Part shown: piece after piece, positions 11,932 through 23,900 of the stretch
How the letters are laid out: each line of letters begins with the position of its first letter
Numbering within the stretch: the stretch's first letter is position 1
Source: Macrostomum lignano
Lineage: Eukaryota
Assembly: GCA_002269645.1 (NCBI GenBank)
Contig: NIVC01001957.1
Coordinates: forward strand, 124,001-188,000
DNA: 64,000 nt
Direction of reading: 5' to 3'
The notes under the pieces: generated by a model
What the model was told of the DNA's origin: nothing
The model's input: only the letters and a program-made list of their open reading frames with translations
Databases searched by the model: none
Position numbers and translations under genes: made by a program

Positions 11932-14900
11932 TTACATTACTACACACGTAGCAGACTTCGGATTAACGCTAAATGTTCCCGTAATTTCGTTGAATGCGAC
12001 GCCGTCGTTCTCACTGCCGGTTTCCACGGATGTAGCAGCGGCAGTAGCTACAGGTTGCGCAACAGAAGTGGCTCCTGTTGTTGCTGCTGTCGGACGTTTC
12101 GTCAGCTTGAGCCCAGCATAGGCAGCCACGGGTCCGCAGTCAATGGCCAAATAGTTCAAATCTGGCGTGAATGCCAAACAGTTGATGCCGTGCAAAGATT
12201 CGAATGCGCTCAGCACGGTCCAACGAGCAGTCTCCCACACGATGAGGCAGTGATCCATGCCGACCGTCACCATTCTCTGATAGTCCGGCGTGAACTGCAG
12301 CTTCAGTACGAAACTTTTGTGCCGCCGGACGCACCGTTCCAAGCTGCCGCCTTCAACCGACCAGAACAGCAGCGACCGAAATCCTGCGGTGACAAGAGTC
12401 CTACCATTCGATGGGAAGAATTTCATGCAGATGCAGGAGCTGCGAAGCTGGAACTTTTTCAGATATTTGCCCGAATCGGCTTCGATGAGCTTCACGGAGC
12501 CATCGGTGCTGGCAGCTGCTGCAAGTCGGCTGTCGTCGCTGACGGCGATGGCGCTGCAGCCCGCCATCATGGTGTCCATCTGGTTGGGGTTCAATGGCCC
12601 ACTGTCGCCCGTCTCAAGGCTGTACGCGATTGGAAAGTCGAAAAAGGTGCCGATGCACTGGGGAATGGGAGGTGTTTGAAATTTACTTGACTTCAATTTC
12701 AGATGACGAGCCGTAATTTTTATAATTAAAATTTTCAACAAAAGCAACATTTTAGACGGGCGAGAAATTGAGGATCTAGTTAGACGGAGAAGAGTCACCT
12801 GTTAGAAGTCACCTGTTAGACAGCGAGGAGTCACCTGTTAGACACAGAGGAGTCACCTGTTAGACAGAAGGAGTCACCTGTTAGAAGTCACCTGTTAGAC
12901 AGCGAGGAGCCACCTGTTAGACACAGATGATCCACCTGTTAGACACAAAGGAGTCACCTGTTAGACACAGAGGAGTCACCTAGCTGTTAGACACAGAGGA
13001 GTCACCTGTTAGACACAGATGAGTCACCTGTTAGACACAGAGGAGTCACCTCTTAGACAGCGAGGAGCCACCTGTTAGACAGAGAGGAGTCACCTGTTAG
13101 ACACAGATGATCTACCTGTTAGACACAAAGGAGTCACCTGTTAGACACAGAGAAGTAAACCGCTAGACAGAGAGGAGTCACCCGTTCGACATGTACTTTA
13201 CCACCAGTTAAATATCTAACGACTTACAAAGCTCTTAGCAAAATACACAAAATATAGCATTAATTTCTATTCACCTTTTTCCCATTTGGCGTGAGCCCGA
13301 CCTGATTAAAGCCGTACAGTCCGGGCATTTTATGCATTCGCTCCCCAGTTGATAGGTCAAACACGTATCCGTAGCATTCCATACCGGCTTTACCAGCCAC
13401 TAGAATGTTGTTGCTAAGAGCCAGACAACTCGGCTCGCCTCCCTCGATCGATAGAGTGTGCAATTCTGCGCCTAAAATGCATTTAGTTTGTTACATATAC
13501 ACGTACACTACTTTGTTTAATATACTTTAGATGCTATTAACTTACACTTCTTCAGTAGTATGCAGTGCAGAACGCCGTGCTTTTCGGCAACAACGAGCCA
13601 ACTTTCGTTGGACTCTGTCAGGCAGATGGGCGATTCGTATTTGCGACTTTGTTTCGGTTTCAGATTTCCGCTGCCGAGGTCGTGGAAGAGAACCCAACCG
13701 CTGGATCGAATGCAGGCTAACAGGTTGTACTGGCTACAGAGTTTGTGTGGGGGTGCAAATGTAATTTGGTTACTGCCTTCCAGTTACATTAGCTACTGGC
13801 CGTTGTGGCTTAAAGTACACTTCTTTTCTAGCATGGCTTAACTACCACCACGAATCTATGATGGTTGTGGCTTAACTGCTATCACAAATCTAACAGTTGT
13901 GGCTTAACTACTATCACAAATCTATATTAGTTGTGGTTTAACTACCCTCAGTTGTACCACAGAACTCACACGCTCAGATGCAAGCCAACAGTTTTCTCCG
14001 ATTCAGGATTTTTCTCGTAGCCAGTCTGAGCTTTCAGCTCTTGCAGTTCTCGCATCACTTCCGGATTCGTGCTCCGTCGATGACTGACTGCTCGATCAAT
14101 CAATTTCTGTCGATCCCAAACGCAACAAATATTGTCCTTAGCAACGGTTAGTAAATAACCTCGCCAGGACCAGCACAATAACAGTTCGCTCTCGTGCCCA
14201 CCAATGCTGCATAGCGTTTCGGCTTCGTCGAGATATTTACTAGCTTGCAGGGTTGCCGGTCGAAAAGTGCTGACCGTGAGATGTCGATCGTGGTTGAGGC
14301 AGTGGCACACCAGGCCCTGTTCAATTGACAGCCAAGCCATGCCGGTCACAGCGTGCCTGCTGGCGGGAATTCTGCTGACAACCCGACGTCTGGCCATGTC
14401 GTACACTAGTATTGGCCACTGACTGTTGCCATTGATGATTATGTGCTGATTATAGGCTGCCAATAGGAATCTAGCGTCCGGACTGGGACACAGCAGGCTC
14501 AGCTTGTACTTTACGTAGCCATTCGGTAGACGCTGTGCTTCGCCCTTGCTGACGTCAATCAGAGCCAAATCGCATTCGCCAGTTTTGTCCAAATGAGACG
14601 TACTCAACGAGGGGAACTCGCTTGTGACGAAGGTGTGCGGACCGACTGGCACGAGGAGCTGATTCCAGGTAGCTAGGAACTCCAGCTGGTCTCTGACCAA
14701 CGAAGCCGTGAATTTATCTTTATCGGAGTACTCTTCGCCAATAAACGAACGAATTCTATAAGACAATTTTTCGGACTCAACGGGCCAGACTAGGTACTCG
14801 AGTAGGCTGCTAATTCCTACCACGTAGCGACCGCACACAGACGTGAATGCGTGCAGAAGAACGTCCTCGGAGTCCAGAGAGTACACGACTCGAACCTTGG

Positions 14901-17900
14901 GCGCATCACTGCTGGACAAAGATTCCAAGGGGAAATCGAACAGCTGCAGTTTAGAGGCTTTCGGATTGGTGAGGTCAAGACAGAGAAGCGACCGCCCGGA
15001 GTGAGTAAAGCAGAGACGCCAGCACTGCTGCGGCGACCCGAATACCAGAGACTTGCTGACCGTGTCAAACACGGCGTCCATGCCCTGCGACATTCGTGAA
15101 AAAAAAACAAAAATGTTTTGTTCTTCCTTCTAAGGACAATGTTACACACAATGACAGACGCACTTTAATAAGTCTCTATGTTTCCTGAAGTACACTGAAA
15201 AGCAGTAAAAAAGTCAGAAATTTAACTAACCTTTGCCTGTTCGTAACTCTTGTCCCGATTGAAAGTGACGGACAGAATAACATATCGCTGATCCGCAGCA
15301 TTCTGCTGTTTAACCTGATGAATATCGAACGGCAGGTCGAAGCTGTCAGTCATGCGCAGCCGAGTGTCCAGCATCTGCAGCTGTGAGGTCCCGCCGTGTT
15401 TGAATTGCGTCACGAATAGCGATTGGTAATCCAGCGAGCGAGCGAACGGGCTGTCGTTGAAACGACCTGACATGAAATTGAACAGAATGTTTGACAGGAT
15501 TCTACCCTCGTAAAATAAGATTATGAAAATATATTTAATATTTTGACACTATTGACAGCATCTTTGACTCGCGTAGAGGTCATCTCATCTTTCTTACACG
15601 TAGAGGTTACCTACGTGTTAGAACCGATGGGTCAACCCATTGGGAACTAGGTTCTCGAACTTTTTAGTACACAATATCCACTGATTATAAATTAGACCCC
15701 CAACCAATTTTCACGTGGAAAAATAAAAAAGCAGCAATTACCAGTGTTAAATAAAAATCTACTCACCTCCGGGGTATCCGCACACAACTTCCCGCCTAGC
15801 AACAAGTTCTCCACCTGGCTGCGGCACGCACTGGCTTAATGGCAGCAGACAGGGAGCCTGCTGACCTTCAGCGAGCTCTACGGCGCGCTTGCAAAGAGTT
15901 TTAAAGTGCACCGGCACGCTGCTGCAGCCGGCCCACTGGCCAACCAGCTGCGCAGTAAGCGATCTGGGGCTCGAGATCAAACAGCTGTGCAGAAGCTCCA
16001 GCGTTGCTAAGAGATCTTCGCAGGCTCGTTTCGATTTGTTATCGGCTTCGTTTATGGACGTCTTTTCGATAGCCAACTCCAGGTCACTGAGCAGTCTAGA
16101 CAGGCCTAGGGCTTCAGCGACGCCGATCAACCAATCGACGTTGCAGGCGTATCGATCGACAAATTCGGCAACTCGACCGCCCAGCATGAGGTGGTGCGGC
16201 AGCTCGTCTAGTTGACGAAGATTCAACTGGAACGAAGTCAGTCGAAGTGGCTGCGCAGGAGCGCCTCTGTCGCAGTCGGCGTACGAAGCTTTCTTGCGCT
16301 TGAACAGCTCCAGCGGTTTTGGTTGACCGTACCAGCGTCCTGTGTTGAAGGGTTAAAAACAACACATACATACTAATCATTCATACTAAAACAAAATCCT
16401 TATCACTTCCCACCTCGCAGTACCGTCTATGAATTTCTAAGAAAACTTACCGCTAAAGTAATCGGCAAGGCAGCTGTGCAGTTTCTCGTTCAGCTGAGCG
16501 TCGCTGCAGTAGCGCCTCTCCGCAGCCTCGGCAAACTGCCTATGGTACCAAGCCACAACTCTAGAGCCGCCGAAGCCCTGCCTAGTGACTAAATACTCTC
16601 CGCAATCGTCCCTGATTCTTGTCCACAGCAGTGGCGGGAGGCGCACCATCTTTGGATCCGGCGGCAGCTGATGCAGATAGGTATCCTGGAGGACCTCGTC
16701 GTCTAGCGAGAGCACGTCTTCGAGCTCCTGCTCGGTGAGGCCGGACCGACTCAGCGCTAGATAGGCGAATGCTCGAGATACTAGCACCTGACCATGGCTT
16801 TTCTCCAAGCCGGTCAGGACCTGATCGATCGCCTGATCCAAAGTTGTTGGCAGTGAGTGGTTCCCAACCTCATTAAATGAGCGCCATTTTAAAGCTTGAT
16901 CAACCAGAAGCTTTGAAAACAATGGCTGGCCAGTTTTGGATACTGATTGAAGCAGCACCTGTCTCTGTCTATCGTAAGGGTTGGGAAACGGGGCACGGAA
17001 TGTAGGCGGGCTCAAATGACCATAGGAAAGTATCGCGGGATCATTTATGCACAAATACACCAAGGGAGACTTACTTTCCCGTGAGACTTCTTCCAGCAGC
17101 TTTCAGAAGCGACTCAACTAGAGCCTGTGAATCGGCCGGAACCATCGGGTCCAGCTGCACCAGGCAGTCATTGGGAAATCTACCGCGAGCGCTACTCAAA
17201 CAGACGCCGAGGCAGCGATCGCTAGCAAAAGTGACCACGAGTTTGACATTCGCTGGCAGCTCAGATGGTAAGAAGCTCAAACTATGAGCACCATCACTAG
17301 TCTCAAGTTGGTCCACCGAGTCGAGCACAAGAAGCAGAGCTCGTCCGTCAGTTGCAGCCGCTGACGCTCGATAAAGCAGCGCTTTGAAATGCTTGACAAG
17401 AAAGTGATAGTCTGTCGACAGCTCTGGATCGGTGTGCACGTCAAGTTCGTGCAAGCTGTACAGCAGGCAGATCTGATGGCACAAAGACGCCAAGAGTCGT
17501 TTGATAGTCAACGACTGAGCAGATGTTCCTAGGAATCTTAGCACCTTCACCGGCACGGTTGGGAACCAGGCGTCTGCAGTGGATGCCACCGCGGCGGCTA
17601 AGGACGTCTTGCCGCTGCCCGAAGGTCCGTGCAGGATCACTGGGCGGGAAATCAGATCGCCAGGCTGTGACAGCGGCGACTCCGTCAGCTTGCGCTGTCG
17701 CTCGCGCTCGCGCTCCTAGAGAGGAGGGAATAAATATTTGTGAGCTACACAGGTACGTATTATATGAGTTTAGGCTCAAGGGCACTTATGTTCGCAGCGA
17801 AAAGTATATGCATACTACTGAAAATCAAGTGCTTTAGCGTCACCCCGATCTAATTCCTAACCTCTGTGTCGTCCATAGCGAAACTGACTCCCATTTGCTC

Positions 17901-19583
17901 CTGCAACGCTTCGCCCATCTTCTGGTGCTGTTGGCTTGGACTTTCTTCTTTGTCTTCGTCCTTTTGAGTTTTGGCCGCGGTTGCATCACCCTGAGAACGT
18001 CGCTCACTCATCAAAGCGAGACGGACTCGCTCAAGATCAGCTGAGCGGCCAGCGAAAGTTTCTAGTTTACTGACAGCCAGATGCAGATGATGCAGTACTT
18101 CAGTGTACAGTTTCGGCGACTCCATACTGTAAGAAAATTGAGATGACCTAGCGGAGTCTACCTGTTGGCGAACAAGGTTGACGAAATCGCGACAGAGATT
18201 CTTTAGATAGTGCGTGTGCGACAGCAGGCCGCTGTCAACACCTTTATCTGTCCATTTCAGTCCCAAGTACTTCAGCATCTGCGACTCGGACAGCACGGCG
18301 GGAATCTTTGTTGATTTCAAACGTTGCAGAAGCGCCTGCGGTTCAGAGGCCACCTCGCCATCCTCAATGTCGATGAAACGACCTGCATTTTTCAATGTAA
18401 AAAACGATGCAAGTTTACAATTTCTATGATTGTATTAATGACGTGATACCAGATCAAACTCACTCGCTATTCTGTCGCCGATATTTATTTCGTCAAATTC
18501 TCGAACTATGCACAGGCAGCGAGAGTCAGCATCAACTCTAGCCTCGGCATCAAGTAGTCCCGCTTGAATTTCTTGCTCAGTAACAGAGGCTAGATACTTA
18601 AATGCGTCAGCTTCAGTCATTGTTGCCTTGGAAACGCAGGATTTGGCGCAGGATCGAAGAAATTCCGTTATGGAAGCGTTCTCCAATTGCCATTTTTTCT
18701 CGTCCTCCCGTCGGAGTCTCTCATCGTCTCGATTGTCGTAGTTGACCAGCACAGCCGTAATTGGCAGCAGAGCGTAACGTGGAGGTCGCGAGTTTGCGTC
18801 AAGTTTGAACCAACGATGAATGGATTGATCATCCAATTTAAGGCGTTTAGCTTCGTCAATGAGCTGATTGAATTCTTCAGTAGGAATCTCGTTGGGATAG
18901 TAGCGGTGACCATATTTCGCACCTAAGATTACCTGGAATATTTATTTTCCTAACTTTTAAAAAAAAGATTCATAACTGACTTGTAACTTTTTGGCAGAAA
19001 AATAGAGACAGGTTTTTATTTCTAAATGCGTACATGTCTAGCCTTAGAAATTTAGTGTGTTACTCACAGCAAAACATGGTCCCAACGAAACCTGGCGACA
19101 TTTCAACACTTCTCGAATGCACAGATCCGTCGTTTTGTGCTCCAACGCTGCGTCGTCTCTGACGCCCCATCGCATGTCGGCAACCTTTGAATTATTCACG
19201 AATCAATCAGTAACATTAAGCCCTCAATATCAAGACGGCTACCGATGTACCTGAAAGCTTACCTGAAAATCGAGTCGTCTTTCTCGGCAGTAGACCCTGA
19301 GTTTAGGAATCGCATCACGAAATAAAGCATTGCGCTCTTCGCCAGTGTCTGAGTGAGACAAGCATACAAATTATTTTTGTTGACATCTAGAAACTATCTG
19401 AGCCTTAATTGATCAACAAAAAGATTTAAATTGCTGAAGTAAGTTATACTGTTTCTCACCTGTAAAAGTTGAGCTCAAAAACACTCTGACAATTGTCTTC
19501 TCCTGATCTGGCAATTCGCGCAGGCAGCCTTCAAGGACCTGCTTAAACTTGGCTTCTGCACTCTCCCTGCGAGGTGTGAGCAT
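11932..19583 (-). CDS. NWD1: NACHT and WD40-repeat protein, NWD1/NWD2 family (STAND NTPase)
   Basis: About 13 exons. ATG at 19583: MLTPRRESAEAKFKQVLEGCLRELPDQEKTIVRVFLSSTFT|DTGEERNAL...|VADMRWGV...|VILGAKYG, the family N-terminus. Walker A HGPSGSGKT (about 17600), Walker B LLLVLDSVD, SRSGLTEQELEDVLSLDDEVL, WYHRQF, then WD40 exons to the stop at 11932. NWD1 vs NWD2 orthology is not resolved. Confidence 0.88.
12795..13190. repeat. Reverse-complement copy of the 22-bp minisatellite (last intron of the NWD gene)
   Basis: Unit GTCACCTGTTAGACACAGAGGA is the reverse complement of the 9925-10748 unit. Confidence 0.92.
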
Positions 19584-20911
19584 GCTGGATTTACTGGATT
19601 TTATCCAGCTATATTATTTTTGTTATTATGAAATTAAGTGTGTGGAAAATGCCTGGTTTAGCATTGGAATAAAATTGAAACAGTTCAAGTTTAAGCGACT
19701 ATTAGGAATAGCAAGAACAAAAATAGCAACATGAGTTTGTGCACTAATATAAAATGTGTGCCACCAGCTTGTCCATATAATATTGCTATCTGTGATAATT
19801 AAGATTGCATTAGCCATTATGATTGTAAAACATAAGCAAACTTATAGTTGTGTAGAACTAGAAAAAAATCTACAGCTCTGTTGTTGAATAAAATTGTCAG
19901 CATGTAATTATTGCTATCTGTTATTTTTAACATAAATAAGCTAGCAAGATAATTTCAAATATGTAAATTAAATACTTGTAAAACAAATAATGCAAAAAGT
20001 ATATATTGTAAAACTATTCTAGTAATATAGTAATTCAGCTATGAAGTCATAATTGCATAAACCAAATTCTCAGAAGTTATTCATACTTCATTAATTTTTG
20101 TGGGATTCACATCTCTTTTCAATAATGAATGATCTGCCTTTTGGCTTTTGCTTACAAAATGTGAATGAGGCATTAGAAAGGAAGCTGTACTGTTTTTAAA
20201 ATTAATCTATTTATGTGAGAGCAGAACTTTTTATTATACTTTTAAAATATTATTCGATTTGCAAAAATTACTCATAGTAAACAAGCATCTTAAGTCGACC
20301 TTAGAATGGCTTAGATAAAAGATAAAAGTTTATTGATTAAATAGAAAATAGTCTGTGTTTGTTACGCTGTATGCTGTAATATTTAGAATTTTTCGAGATA
20401 AAGATAAATTCTGTCATATGAGAAGTTAAAAAAACTTGTGAAGGTACCGCCAAACCTCATCCCAATGTTATTGATTGATAATTTAAATTTACACATTGAC
20501 AGTCATTAAAAATTAATGTAAATCACCGTATCGATTTTGTTTTCCTTATTTCATTTTCTTTAGCAACGAATGCAGAAGCGTTTTAATTTTAATGAAATAG
20601 ATTTAATTTTTGTATTTATCTGAGCTTATTACCAGAGTTTACTTTTTAATGTGTTTTTTGTTTTCTACTTTGTTAAGATTCAGTTTTTTAAACTTAACTA
20701 AATTAACTGCACGAATTTAAATTAACCTACATGCTTTATTGAGCTCGCTTGCATGGTGCGAGACCAATTGACGCCAGATAGAACTGAGACAAATTTAATG
20801 GAGCACATGTGTTGCTCTAGTTTTGCTATTATAATTCTACTTCTCTGTCTCTATTTAAACTACGAGTAATCGCTGCGAATTCCCTCAAAATTTACGAAGA
20901 TATCTCCTAGA

Positions 20912-23900
20912 TTGTGGCTGAATTTTCGACGACTGCAGTATAATGCTGCACTTTCTTCGCTTGCAATGCAATGCTATCATTATCAAGCGCGTAGATTATT
21001 TGGAAATTTTGCTGGCAGAGGCAATGCTAAAAAGGTCCTGGCTATTCGACGAGAGACTATTAATCTGTGGGAGAGACGCGCTCCACTGTCGCCTAATCAT
21101 GTTCGCAAACTAGTCAAAGAAGGCCTTAAAGTTATCGTTCAGCCTTCTAATCGACGAGCCTTTACGCATAATGTGAGTATATTTTTAAGCTTTTTATTTG
21201 CTACACTTTAAAGTCTTTCAGAAAATAATTGAGTTGAAGTTTGGCTGTTTAATTTTGATTTTTCCTGCCCCCCCCCTCTAATACAGGAGTACCTTCAAGC
21301 AGGAGCCGTGATTCAAGAAGATTTATCGGAGGCACCCGTTATTATTGGTGTGAAATCGGTGCCATTGGATTATCAAAGTCTCATGCCAAATAAAACCTAC
21401 GCATTCTTCTCGCATACCATCAAGGCACAAGAGGAGAACATGCCTCTGTTAGATACTTTGCTAGAACGCAACGTTCGCTTATTAGACTACGAAAAAATGG
21501 CTAATCCTAGCGGCAAAAGAATAGTGGCTTTCGGAAAATATGCCGGCATAGTTGGTATGATCAACATTCTGAATGGATTGGGCATTCGATTGCTGGCACT
21601 AGGGCATCACACTCCTTTTATGGTAAGCCCCTTAGTTTTAGTTTATCTAGGGACTAGGGAAAATGAGGTTTTTTATTTACATGTAGCCACGTGGTTTTTT
21701 ATTTCATTTTAATATCATTTTCAGCTGCTCACTCAGCACTCACTAGTCTCTTCTCTGCATGCCTTTATTTACATTTGTAAACATGTTTACGATTCGATTT
21801 TTTTTCTTTTGGATTTTCGTCTTCCTGGCTTCACAAGAAGAAACTTTATTTTCTTTAGCCGCTAAGTGGCCCGGCCTCGAGGCCCTCCTCAACCTGCTAA
21901 ACGCGTCAAGGCCGCGCGCCATTCATTCATACCCTTTACTCTCTACCCCTACCCCAGCGGCCCAAGAGGGTATTCAGGAGCACGCACATTAACTGTCCTA
22001 ATGTACATTGCACCCCCCTCGCCCAGCCCCCCCCCCCCCGATGATACCAATGTACATTTCGTTGCCCAAAGGTCGAGTATAGGGAATGTGGGTGTGGCTT
22101 TGATGCTCTGACGGGCCGCAAGCGCCAGGTCACGTGATCATTTATTTAAAGTTTAGAATGGCACTTTATTTTTTTATTATGGCTCGGGGCGGGGTTGCAG
22201 ATCGTGGGCCGAGATACCGAGTGAAGAGAGGGAGAAGAGAGAGGTAAAATTGTGAATAGCAACTTGAATAAAAAATGAGCCCATTCAAAAGCCACTCTTT
22301 TTCTAGTCTTCTTCAGTCAATTCAACCAGTTTTTAGTCTAAAATTCATTGTGTTTCCTAAACAAGAAACAATGTATAACAAGAGCCCAAGAGATTCTATT
22401 ATTTAACTATTTAACTAGGCATCAAACTATTTATTTGTCCAAGACCTTCCCGCATACCCTGGTCCTTTTCATAACCTACTGCAGAGTGCAGTCTACCACT
22501 TACCAGCAAGTTGTATCTAGATATGCCATGCCTTGTAGCTAACCTTATACAATTGAATTCGCTACCTTCATTGGAGTTCTCAGACAAATGAGAAGTTATA
22601 GTTGAGTTAAATGAAGCTACTAGGCTAGAGCTATTGAGGTGGGGTTGTGGGTTCGTTTCATTTTCATTTTCTATTTTATTACTCAAACTTTCTGCTTGCG
22701 GCCTTCGTGTCTGAGGCAGTCGATTGCGCTATCAAAGCAACCGAGAAGTTTCTTCTACGAGCTTAAGTATTTGCAGTTGCATTATTTTAAAAGTACAAGT
22801 CCAACTTTAGTATTAACATTCTCTCATGTAGCCATAGATAAATTGGAGTATTTCTTACCAACGTTAACTTATATTATAATGTCGGATATTATTCAGATTG
22901 ACCTTAATTGTTAAAATAAATCTAAATCGATTCAGTGGTTAACTATTGTACTTAATTTTTTTGATGGTAAAGGTTGAGAGGATAATGAAGTTTGAGGAAA
23001 TGGAGTTTGGTGATATGAAGTGTGTGGGATAAGAAGACTCGGGGTATGAAGTTTAGAGAGTGAATTTTAGGGGTATGAAATTTGGGGGTATGAAGTTTGG
23101 GGTATGAAGTTTTGGGGGTATGGAGGTTGGAGGGATGTAAAAGTTTGAGGATATGAGTTTGGGGAATACAAAGTTGGGGTATGAAATTTGGGGGTATATA
23201 AGGTTTGGAGGGTATGAAATTTGAGGGTATTTAAGGTTTGGAGGGTATGAAATTTGGGGGTATATAAGGTTTGGAGGGTATGAAATTTGGGGGTATATAA
23301 GGTTTGGAGGGTATGAAATTTGAGGGTATATAAGGTTTGGAGGGTATGAAATTTGAGGGTATATAAGGTTTGGAGGGTATGAAATTTGAGGGTATATAAG
23401 GTTTGGAGGGTATGAAATTTGAGGGTATATAAGGTTTGGAGGGTATGAAATTTGGGGGTATATAAGGTTTGGAGGGTATGAAATTTGAGGGTATTTAAGG
23501 TTTGGAGGGTATGAAATTTGAGGGTATTTAAGGTTTGGGGGTATGAATTTTGAGGGTATGAAGTTTGGGGGTATGGAGTTTTGGGGATATGAAGTTTGAG
23601 GATATGACGTTTAGGGAGTATAAAGGTTAGGACATATGAAGTTTGGGGAATACGAAAAATTTGGGGATATGAAGATTGGGGGTTATGAATTTTGGGGGTA
23701 AAAATTTTGTGGATTAAAAAAGTTTAGTGATTTTAGGGGTGTGTAATCTGTGGATTGTAAAATTCCATTGACTAAGGTTTACTATCACATTTACTTACAA
23801 GATGACGATGCATTTCCTGCTTAAATTGAAATACATTTTACTCCCGCCTTTTACTTAATATGTTGCACCAATCGACAGCACATCGGACCGGCGCACAACT

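Noticed and set aside
1098-17837. Overlapping alternative-frame and antisense ORFs over GC-rich exons (e.g. 1098-1502, 1180-1674, 12055-12690, 15889-16215)
   Set aside because: Shadow ORFs of real coding exons with no recognisable motifs.
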